Source of the DNA: Octopus sinensis
Taxonomy: Eukaryota
Assembly (NCBI RefSeq): GCF_006345805.1
Contig: NC_042999.1
Coordinates: 65,844,001-65,908,000 of the forward strand
DNA: 64,000 nt
Reading direction: 5' to 3'
Part shown: in pieces, positions 52,320 through 64,000 of the stretch
Numbering within the stretch: the stretch's first letter is position 1
How the letters are laid out: every line of letters starts with the position of its first letter
Made by a program: the position numbers and the translations under genes
The notes under the pieces: model-generated
Told to the model about the DNA's origin: nothing
Database searches by the model: none
The model's input: the letters and a program-made list of their open reading frames with translations, nothing else

Positions 52320-52575
52320 GTTTACTTTGTTATCTCCCCTACTTTCCCCCTCGTGTGTGGCCCTTCTGCCCGAGTCAGTCGCCAAGATAGATCGTTGGCC
52401 ACTGCACATATTTTTCTCGCCTTTTTTCTCTCCTTGTTTTTTCTGTGTCCCTTTCTGTAGAAGAGCGTAGGCTCGAAACGTAAAAGACATTTTCTATTCC
52501 TGAGCGTTATATTAATACATCTGTTTGTGTTGTACACCACCTGTCTTCGTCTTTTGTTTTTTTCGTAAACTCTCC
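52320..52575 (+). mobile_element. PLE-terminus-like repeat with a hammerhead-like motif
   Basis: cttt-CTGTAGAA-gagc(gtag)gctc-GAAAC-GTA-aaag at 52451-52486. Confidence 0.55.
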
Positions 52576-53994
52576 CTATATATCAAACGCTCACGTAGTC
52601 GCACATGTTGATCCTGTCATTTCTTACCACACACGAACTTCTCCACTGGACTCTCTATCTACCCTTTACGGATTCTCGGTTTGGTATTTACCCTCCGGCT
52701 GCACCTCTCCTACATACGGATCACTGTGGACTCTACTCTTGATGAGAAATTTTAGTGAAGATTGTGTTCATATTTTTAATTTGGAGAATATTACAATATT
52801 CACTAGGAAGCGATTGTCCAATGATAAAAAAGTTAACCTTCCCAAGGATTAATATTACTTAATCTTTCGCTAATTGCCTGACACATCTATATATATGCTC
52901 TGATATTAATTAGACTTCGTTATCGAAGTAAATGTTTGACCATAAGTATTAATGATTATTCTATCGGTCGTAAAAGTGATAGAAGCAAATCCTTGAAATA
53001 GAAATGAGAGGCGTTAGAGCACCATCTTACCTACAAGTTTACTGAGAATTCTTTACATGGTTGAATAAGCTTCCAGACATAGCAGGTAAGTTTCAATTAA
53101 TCTACATCTTACTATTACAAAACCAAAAGTACATATGATAGAAGAGACCCCTTTCGGTCATTAATGACAATGGGATTGCATCTAGAATGTTACCGTCCAA
53201 GGCACAAGGCCGAGCAAGTTTGTTTGTGGAAGGCCAGCAGTCGCCCATGCATACCAACTTCCCCTCTCCACACCATTGATGTTATCCAAGGGTAAGGCTA
53301 AGGGGCCGATACAGCAGCTTGGCACCAGTGATGTCGCAACACATTTCTATAGCTGAGGTAATGCATTACAATTTGTTTTTTACAAAGTAAATTGTGATCA
53401 TTGTTTTTATATTTTTGCGAAGCTAACCTGGCACTGAAAAACAACCCTCCGAGTGAGAGAAGTGTAATCCACAGGTAAGAAAAGAAATACGTTGTTACCG
53501 CTTAATATCCACACACACAAGCACAAAAACATGGCAACACACATACACTCTATACATTGTATACATATATGTATGTAAGTGAATATCTATCTATCGATCG
53601 ATCTACATATATATTAACACTACATATATAGACAGACACACACACACAAACATATATATATGCACACACACATACACATTCATACTTATATACATACATA
53701 TGTGTGTACGCGTGAGTATGTGAGTATACATATATGTATATGTGAATTAATGTATGTATGTGTGTATGTATCCATACGCTCATTTGTTCGACTCTTTACA
53801 TTGAGTTCAAATTGCCCGATATCCTTTTTGAGTTGGTAAAATAAGGGCCAGTAGAAAGCACACGGTGGTGTAATCGATTAGCCTCCACTCTACCACACCA
53901 CAAATATTGGAAATATCCAAAAAATTTCAAAACATTATAATTATACTAGCAGAGATACCCAGTGTTGCCCATGATGAAAAAGGCATAGTTTTTG

Positions 53995-54200
53995 TTATTG
54001 TTTTACTTGTTTCATTTATGTGACTTCGACCATGCTGGAGCAACAATTCGATCCCAGGATTTATTGCTTGTAAGCTTAGTACTCATTTCCATTGGTGTCT
54101 GTTGCCGAACCACTAAGTTACGGGCACGAAAACACAGCAACACCGGTTGTCAAGCAATGGTGGGGATACAAAGACACAGACAATAATAAAGGCACAGGCA
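53995..54200 (-). mobile_element. SINE-like interspersed repeat (family D)
   Basis: tagtact(c/t)att..at(c/t)gg...ttgccgaaccg/actaagtt core, also at ~8570-8690 and ~50400-50560. Confidence 0.6.
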
Positions 54201-54351
54201 CAGACACACACGCACGCACAAATATAGACATGTATACGACAGTCTTCTTTGACTTTCCGTGTACGAAATCCACTCACAAGGTTTTGGACGGCTTGTGGCA
54301 ATAGTATATATACATACATACATACAAATATATATATATATAATATATATA

Positions 54352-54383
<32 letters not shown>

Positions 54384-55342
54384 TAACAAGTAAATAAAAG
54401 GAAATAGAGAAGAAAATGGAAAATATGTTTGGTTCATTTCTTTTGTATATTAGAAATGGAAAGGAAAAGTAATGCAAATTAAAAGATTAAAGTATATACA
54501 CATTAAAAACAAGCATAAAACGAACTATAACAAGTACAGAAGAAACCACGTCAACACTATAACCCCCAAATATCCAAAAATATATTCTACATATGTTTCA
54601 ATATAACAATAATTTAGAATCATTAATAATTGTAACTCTTCAGGAAAAATAATTATATTTTAGCCATGAGTTACGAAATGACTTATCTGAGGACAATGTT
54701 TAGGAAATTTTCAAATGTAAATAAACTTCTAAGTGTGATTAGAAATTTATCGTTTCAAATTTAGCTAGTATGGGACGGTAAAATACTACTAAAGTATGAA
54801 ATTTATTTGAAAAAAATGTATATATTATATCGATATTTACAAAGGTTTATGTGAGGGAGGTAGAAAGACGAAGGTAGGTTATCGTGAAGGGTGTAATATA
54901 CAACAATTATATTGGGAAATAATGATTGGATGAATAACATTGGTGTTATTTAGAAATTAATTAGTTCGGATATAATTTCCGGTTTTTGACGTTAAAATAT
55001 TTTGTATTTCAAACATAAGCTATAATACTCACTTACGGTGTTACAGGATAAATTTCCTAGGTCAAAATTTGAGTAACTAGTGATCTCCCTTCATTCCATA
55101 TATAGGTGTAATCATGTCATTGGATATTTAAAAAAATGAAAAATAGCTTTGAGTAAAATGTCTAAAGATTATATGGATAAAATAGATACGTGTAGTTTAA
55201 ATTTTCGTATTCATATATTGAAATATATTAAAAGTACCAATAGTCATGAATGCAGGGTTACAATATTTTATAAAAATAAAAATAAACTATAAATGTTTCA
55301 GAATACAGGATTTATGTAAAAATGGGGTTATATTGAAAAATT

Positions 55343-55405
<63 letters not shown>

Positions 55406-55581
55406 CAGTTTATTTAATGTTAATGATATTTATATTCTATTTAACAATGAGATAGATATTATTGAATAGTCGTAAGGTTTAAAGTGACATTATGCTAAAT
55501 TATTGAAGGGTATACTTACAGGATTAAGAGATCAATAGTTTAAATTCATACTTTTATTTTTATACTCATATATATATATAC

Positions 55582-55659
<78 letters not shown>

Positions 55660-57671
55660 ATGTGTGTGTCTGTGTGTGTATGCATATATCAGTGTCAAAT
55701 AGGGTTAATATAATGATTGTTAACTGCAAAATTACAAGGTAAAATATAGATATTGCTCGAAATTCTCACCCACCAGCTAAGGTATGTTCGCTCCGCTCGG
55801 AGAATATACATCAGCAATAACCCTTTACTTTTTGAATTCAGTTGCGCCAGGGTCTACATTGCCGTTTATCTTTACAAGGCCCAACCATATCAGCGACAGC
55901 GGACTACTAGATTAAAATAAATGAGTACTTACTCCTGCCAAAATGAATGTTATATTGCCCATGTTAGAAATCAATATTAACAAAACCGATGTTAGTTGGC
56001 AACGGAATTTGGGATTTCTTTAAATTTGTATATCTAGAATTTCTTATCACAAACACTATATCTATGCTTGTTATAATTTTAATTCAGATATGCTATATTT
56101 AATGGAGTGGAATTAAAACAGTCAATTATTTACTGTTCTAATAAGTGTGAAGTATTGTAATTTTATAAATAAAGAATATCGTGTACGTATTTTGACCTGT
56201 CTAGAGTTAACATTATTTGTTACCATCTTTTTATAATAATTTGTGAAATATAGAGACTAAAAATATACCGTGTTTGCACCAAAGTAGTTCTCACCGATTG
56301 ATAGCAATGATCAAGTGTTTCTGCGAGAAGGGTTTTTATTATTCGACAATTAATCAGGCTTCAGCATAAAAACCTAGCTTCATCAAACAATTAGGGCTTC
56401 CATAAGTTGTACTGTATCACTGGCTATTGTTTGAATGACTCGTTGAACCTAGACCGGTAATACACATTTATAATTGTCATATACTATCTGAACCATTGAC
56501 AACTGAAAACTTTTATACCACATCTTTCATTAGATGTGTAGAAAATAGAGTCTAACATTGGAGCCTGCTGTATTGAACATGCTAGTTTTGTTGTAAATGA
56601 ATTGCAAAAAAATGACTGTTTTCTATGACAGTTTTAGTTTCCGAACGTAAACAGTTTTTCAACTGAGTCTGTAGTTTTAAATCATTTGAATGTTTAACGA
56701 ATGATGACGTGTCTAGAAATGTTTTGATTTATTTCTTGTTCTTTGGACTTATACGACTGATTTGCTATATAGAGCCATTTTCAGAGCAATAAATATTGTC
56801 TCATCTTTTAATAATGACATTTATATAAAATTCATATATCAAAACATACATCAAAATGTATTCACCAAAATATAGCGTAGGTCGTATTCAAACATGAAAA
56901 CAAAATTAACTAAATATATAACATTAAAATCAAGTATTCTAAAGGCGATCTGTCATCTACATTGTATTTCAGTGCATATCATTTCTTACACAATCACGAT
57001 TTTTTTTACAGTGGAAGATAAATGAAATGCTGTTGGGTTCATGTTCTTTTATGACGTTTTGTTTCCAAATAAATATTTCCTAGTAAGGTTTTGCTATTCA
57101 GTTCTAGGTCGACTTTGTTTTAGTGAATCTATCAATATCGTGCTATCCACGAACATTTAATTTCATTCTGAAATATTGTCTGTGAATATTAAAACGATAT
57201 TACCCAAAATGTTCTTCTCAAATGAAGATGCAGCCACCCCAACCGTTTTTGAATGACTGGTTGGGTTCCAAAAGCAGGTTGCTGTTACGGGTTGTGTCAT
57301 AGAGCACCAAACATAATTTTGACGTGCTAGTATATTCTTCTAAGATTGTTTACAGCTGTCCTGAAAACCTGCATACTGAAATTAGTTCTGAAAATAAAGC
57401 TTCACAATGTCAGACTTCGTAAACATTGTTCCATTATACATCGCCAATTACTGTTTGCTGACATTTCAAATTACTTTCGCTATAGCCGGAATGTCACACT
57501 CTCATATCTAGAGAGAACGTTCATCTATTATACGTTACATATTGATTATATCTATCTATCTATCCATCTATCTAACTATCTAGCTACCTGTTTATCTATC
57601 TACCTCTCTCTCTTTCTCCCCCCTGTATGTATATACACACACACACACGAACTCACCCCCCACACATATAT

Positions 57672-57747
<76 letters not shown>

Positions 57748-58885
57748 TAAATCTATATATAATGTAAATTTGATAAAATGCCTTCATATATCACAACGGA
57801 TAACGAAGTCCAGTATTAAGTGCAGAAACTAACAGCGTTATACTGTTGAAAGCAAAAGCTCATGCAGCAGAGATACGTGATAATGTACTGACATAGTCGG
57901 AAATATCTGTTACAGGCTATTGAGAATTACACGCCTTCCTGCTTCTGATGAAGAGGTCTTCATTATACACTGACATATAAGTGATTGGCAAAAGCAAATT
58001 TTGCCAGTAACCAGGTATTTGAGAACGATATCGTACTTCAGTATAACTGGACTTAGTTTTTGAGACTCCCACCGTTTGCACTTGCTTAGATGATATCTTT
58101 CATTTTTATTGAACGTTTTGGCTAATTCATTCTTAAGAGAAATACGAATTAGCACAGTAAAGCATTATTATCTTATGTACCGTGACCGCTTAGTTTAGCA
58201 CGTCCATTTTTGCAACCGTCTTTTCATTGTAAAGTGTGCATTTGTAATTTTCAGGTATATTACCTTTATAATTACAATACATCACGCATACACACACTCA
58301 CGCACGCACACGCGCACACACAGACATACAAACACACACATGCACACACACACACAAGCATACACGTATACCTTTCCAAATACACTTGGTATATATTTAT
58401 AGTACAATGCACGCATACACACACACATGTATATGTTCAGAATTATTGTATTTGACACAACCAATTTCTTTTTGCTGACATTTAAAATTACTTTAATAAC
58501 AGCTGTGGTATCACACTGTCATATCCTGAATTGATTTCAGTCTATTCTATCGGACGAATCATACATAATATGTAAGAATAATTGTGTATTTGATAAAATG
58601 TCTTTACATGTAGAAGCACTTTACAAAGTCTAGTAATTAGTTCAGGAACAAAATCCGTTACACTTCTGCGAAGAAAAAAGGACACTTCACACACAACTCA
58701 TGTGTCTGTTACTGTTAGGAGAAAGAACATTTTGAACAATTCTTCCCCTATTACAGTATATAAACAGTTTCAAGCAGCGTGAAAACCTATTAAAACACCA
58801 GTATTTCCTTGGATAAAACCATCGCCACATTAGGATAACATCCTCCAGCTAAATTTATATATATGTGTGAATGTCGCTGTCTCTC

Positions 58886-58924
<39 letters not shown>

Positions 58925-60781
58925 GTCTGTATGTATATATATATATATATATATATAAATACATATATATATATAGGTGAGAAAGTTGATATATATATGT
59001 ATATATATGTACATACATGCATGCACACACATATATATATATATGTGTGTGTGTATGTGTGTGTGTTCATGCATGTGTGTGCTTCTGTGAAGTGGGGCAA
59101 GGGTTCAACATTGGAAAGACTCTTGCACTGAATACACATTTCGTGCATAAACATTTTCAGTGAAACCCATGTCATCGAACAAACGAATATTTGAGTTTAC
59201 CTTGAAGCAGCATATCTAGCAAAATTTCCAAGTCGCTTATTAAGACCTTAAGACAAGTTTATCCTGCGAGAAGACGGCAGGCGTTATCTCAAACCTTATT
59301 TCAATGTATATTAATATAAAAATATACATGACTTATAAAGCTTTTGTATTTGTATTATCGTGTATTGCGAGAAAACGTGGAATATTTAGAGTAAGCAACG
59401 TCGAACACAATACAGTATGTACCTGGAATCACTTAGACAAATCCCATACAGAAATCTTTAAGGCTCCATCACAGTATTGAGTATAGTGTGCATTCTGTTC
59501 TTTAGTAATCCCGTAATCCATTTGAGGCGATTCTCCTCTGACAATAGTGCTCGAAAAGAGCTACGGAGTTCAAATGAAGAGCGTCCACACGACAAATTTA
59601 AATTCTTCTAAACTTGCAAGAAGTCAGAAGATGTATGAAAGAGTTACTTATGGTGGCGCGCAGCACTTTGAAACTGAATGCACAAAGCAAGAGAATTAGC
59701 TAATGGTTGCGTATATCCATCAAAAATTGCAGTCCTCCAACACCATCATATATAAAAAAAACATACACGCACGCACACACACACAGACATATGCAAATAC
59801 GCATAGAATATCACATGCACATATATGACCGTGCACTCGTACACATTCGTAGAACCAATTTACGCTTATAGTTGTTCTTTCATGCCAAACGAAACACATA
59901 AAGACCAAAAAAAACACTGATATGCATACACACACATATTTGGCCAATTGTTTCACGTTCTTTACAATATGTATATTTACCTGATGCACTCAAACATACA
60001 AGCATACACTCATGAACACACAAAATATACACACACAGAGGCATCAATGATAACCCATTCACTGAACTACGCCATATTCTCTCATGCTTCTACAAAAGTA
60101 CACCTACTTACAGATACACACAAGGTAATGCAACTTTATAAATTGGTAACCCCTCGGTCTAAAAGACTTTACATTCCCACATTTTATAAGCTATTTCCTC
60201 ATGTATTTTATTGTTTTTGCATTCTTTTTTTTTCTCTTTCCATGCTTCCTCTCACATTCCTTTTATTTCAGATGAAGTACTATTGTCCGAAACATCAAAG
60301 TCATTCTTTCATTTCCTTTTCATTTGAAGCGTTAAAATCACACATTTATCTTAGTGCAGTGTTCTTGCAGTATTTGTTTATTTTGTACTTTTTTTATTAT
60401 ATATCTTACATTATGTTACATATATGGTGGATTTAAGTCTTTCGTGGACTAAGGTTCAGTCGCCCTAACGAGTAAAGAACATCTGCTAGAATGTAAATCA
60501 AGCGCTTGCCCTTTCTACAGGAAAGGCACTCGTACCATAATTCTAAAGGAAGTCAATATCAGCATGAGATGGTGAGTAATAATATTACCTTTTAAATTAC
60601 TAATACAGTCCGCGCAATCTATTACAACTCAATTTATATCACTAGGTATGGGATCAGTGTTGCCAAATACGCTACATAATCAGGTAAGCAATTCTGGAAA
60701 AACACACACAGAGACACAAACGCACGCACACATACAGATGAATTCGCTCATACACACATATACATATATATTTGTGTGCAA

Positions 60782-60821
<40 letters not shown>

Positions 60822-61919
60822 CAATACGTATGCATGTATTAATATTACAATATATGAATATGTATCTACATTTCAATGTGTGTAAGTATGTATATTTCAA
60901 TATGTTTGTATGTATATTTTAATTTATGTGTATGTATGTATAAATGTATGTACATTTCAATATCTATATTTCAATGTGTGTGTTGGGCTTTTTCCTTTTG
61001 TTTGACATATTTATAACATGAACTGTATATTTTAGTTTTATTTCTTGATGGTATGATATATCATCTCACTCAAATATATTGCCTGCATTTATGATTTAAT
61101 AAGTTTATTAAGTAAGAGTTTTGTGGGTGATGATGTTTGTTTTTTAAGTGTAGGAATAGATATAGACATTAACAAGGACATTTCAAAATATCAACAAAAT
61201 CATTAGCTTGTACGTATGCATTGTAATATTGCATGGTTTAAGACGCATGTTTCACAAACATGTTATTACAGATTAAATCCTATTGCGTTGCATTTTCAGC
61301 AAGTATTGTTTTTTTTTTTTGTATACTCAGTCGAAGATAATACGAGAATGAAATAGCCTTTTTAGGTTTCAAGGTGGCGTACTACGGTAGCTTATGTCCA
61401 AAACTTAAAGCAAAGTACTTTGCCCACGTATGTTTCGCACGCACACACCGAAACACATGCAGTCACACACATGTAATTGTATAGGTTAAAGTCTGCATAA
61501 CACATGTGTACTTAAGTGTTCTTTTATTATTGTTTGCATTTTCTTTTAACTACAAAGATCGTGAAGGGTATCACTTGCAAAATTGGATCTTGCACATTTT
61601 CTGTATACCTGGTGAACAATTGTAGAGTCTGTTATATAATTACTAGCGCATAGTTTCATTTTGCAAGGGTTTGTGAGAGGAAGTATTATGATACAACACA
61701 AAGTCCCATTTCCACGTATTTTATATTTTTTCGCTTTTTTTATGCCTGTTTTAGGATAAAACTTTCGTAAGTTTTAAATTAAGGGAAATAATATTGCCAT
61801 AACAACTTTCCAAAATATTGGCTTCAAATCTTTGCAAAATAACAGCAAATTCAGGGTACTTATTTCATCGACCACAAAATGACTGCCAGATACACTACTT
61901 AATCAGTAAGCAATTCTGG

Positions 61920-61952
<33 letters not shown>

Positions 61953-62516
61953 ACACACACACACACACACAAACCAGACAAATTTGAAAAACAAAGACGA
62001 TATTTAAAATTCCTGATAGATGGTGACACTGAATAAACCATGAGTTTTGATACATTTTATCAGAAGAGAGAGAGAGATTTTCTCCGCGGTAACTGCATTC
62101 TATTTGCCTCGTAGCTGTTTAAATATGTCACAAACAACTTTTAACTGACCTAAATTTTGCTCATGCCTAAACACTTTTTAGCGCTAACATTTTTTCGTCA
62201 TACATATATATATATATATACATGTGTGTGTGTGTATGTGTGTGTATGTATGTATATATATATATATTTATATATAAATGAAAGAATGGAGTCGAACGAA
62301 AATGGTAACAAAATTCCTTTACTCTCAACACATATTTCGAAGACCACATGGTTTTATTCATATATAACACACACATTTCTGCAAATGAATCCGGCGTTTC
62401 TACCCTTGGACAGGTGGCTTCAAACGTGTTTCTGACGCGAATTTGCTACTCTGGTATCGGTTCAACGAATTTTCCAAGCTGACGATAAATATAGGATAAT
62501 TCATTCACCTATTGAA

Positions 62517-62580
<64 letters not shown>

Positions 62581-62591
62581 AATGGATATAT

Positions 62592-63784
62592 GGGTGTTGG
62601 ACAAAATAATGAAAACAATTACCATCATAGCATCATAAATTTGAAATATCTATAAAACCGTCAAAAGCTTGTTTATTTTTATGTATTTGGAATTATTATT
62701 AATGTTGCTCAATATGTTTTGCTAAAATTGCTGTTTCGTTTCAGATACCATCAGAAAAAGTAATTAAAATTCATTAAAATGACAGATCTGTCGATCTTTC
62801 AAAGGGGTGAAATTGCTGGTGCTCGTATGGCAGGTGCTAGCATAACGAAAACAGCCGAGATATTTGGAGTATCAAGAAGTACTGTCTTCAAAGTAATGAC
62901 AGCCTTTAACAAAGTGGGAGAAACCTCCTCGTCGAAACAAAACTCCGGAAGAAAACCAAAAGATTCAAATAGGGACCGTTGGACTCCTACGCGAATTGTT
63001 AGAAAGGATCACAAAAGTACAACTCCCAAAATTGCTGCAGAACATAATGACCACCTCGACAATCCAGTTTCTATAAAAGCTGCACAAACCCGGAATTCAC
63101 ATCAGGGCTGCAATAAAAAAACCACTACTTTCAAAAAGAAACGTTGCAAAGAGTGGAATAAAAACCTACGGAATTGGTCCCTAGAGCAGTGGATGAATGG
63201 TATTTTCTCGGATGAGTCATCCTTTACCTTATTTCCGACCACTAGCGGAGTATACGTGAGGAGATTGCCAAAGAAGCATTTGACGCAGACTGCCTTCTTC
63301 CAACTGTGAAACATGAAAGAGGATCTGTGATGATCTGGGGCCTATGTCTTGCAAATCCATCGGTCCAATGGTTTCCCTTCATGGGAGAATTAATAGTCAA
63401 GACTATTTAAGCATTTTATCTGATCGAATTCATCCTATAGTTGCCGAACTGTTTCCGGGGGGAAATGCAATCTTTCAGGATGATAATACACCAATTCACA
63501 CAGCTAAACTTGTTACTGAATGGCACGAGGAACATTCTAATGAAGATGAACTTCTTACCTGGCCACCACAGTCCCCAGATCTTAATATTATTGAAAATTT
63601 ATGGCGCATTTTAGAAAAACAAGTAAGGAGTCGATATCCTCCACCAGCACTACTACAAGAATTGGATTCTGTTTTATCTGAATAATGGACAAAAGTTCGT
63701 TTGGAAAAGATTCAAATTTTGTGCGAGCCCATACCTCGTAGAATTCAAGCTGTAATTACTGCCAAAGACGGTCCTACAGAATAT
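62592..63784 (+). mobile_element. Tc1-family DNA transposon remnant, DD36E (Incomer-type); right TIR not found
   Basis: Putative left TIR gggtgttggacaaaataatgaaaac at 62592. Transposase fragments in ORFs 62779-63309, 63344-63685, 63701-. After the coding end the sequence runs into a TA microsatellite. Confidence 0.88.
62779..63784 (+). pseudogene. Tc1 transposase pseudogene (frameshifts and an in-frame stop)
   Basis: MTDLSIFQRGEIAGARMAGAS (paired-like HTH), SGRKPK, FSDESSF, FQDDNTPIH, WPPQSPDLNIIE, IPRRIQAVI. There are 36 residues between the second catalytic D and E. TAA at 63683-63685. Confidence 0.9.
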
Positions 63785-64000
63785 ATATATATATATCTAT
63801 ATACAGAATATATCTATATCTATACCTATATATGTATTTATGGATGTATGTATGAATATATATGTATGTGTGTATGGACTAATGTACTTTTCTTTGTTCC
63901 CTGAACAAACGCCTCATGGTAACCGCAGGTAGTAAAAAATGTAAAAATTTATCTCTAATATTTCACTCTGTTTCTATAATTTAAAAATCATATATGATAA

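Noticed and set aside
493-63904. Dozens of ORFs rich in YI/IY, CV/VC, HT/TH, poly-I/Y/L
   Set aside because: They are translations of (TA)n, (CA)n, (TACA)n and (TAT)n microsatellites, not genes.

Overview
AT-rich, microsatellite-saturated animal genomic DNA with no host gene I can recognise. The SINE families and (TA)n/(CA)n load look like an octopus/cephalopod genome, which is inference from recall and not verified. Most listed ORFs are microsatellite translations. The dominant object is a ~13.9 kb Penelope-like retroelement (PLE) at 34946-48825. Its central minus-strand RT + C-terminal GIY-YIG gene is 5'-truncated and is broken by four apparent 1-bp deletions and one in-frame TGA. It is flanked by very long inverted arms (~4.5 kb and ~6.3 kb) built from ~0.82/1.02-kb tandem units. 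The G/T-rich strand of each arm points outward, and each arm ends in a type-I hammerhead ribozyme motif. The window also holds a DD36E (Incomer-type) Tc1 remnant, a mariner remnant interrupted by a LINE ORF1-like fragment, a CR1/L2-type LINE 3' end, many tRNA-derived SINEs, several small PLE-terminus-like elements with variant hammerhead cores, two long palindromes, a MITE and a tandem duplication. Differences between repeat copies are mostly 1-bp indels, so part of the apparent decay, and possibly some duplications, may be long-read assembly error. Coordinates of degenerate repeats are approximate, read by eye.
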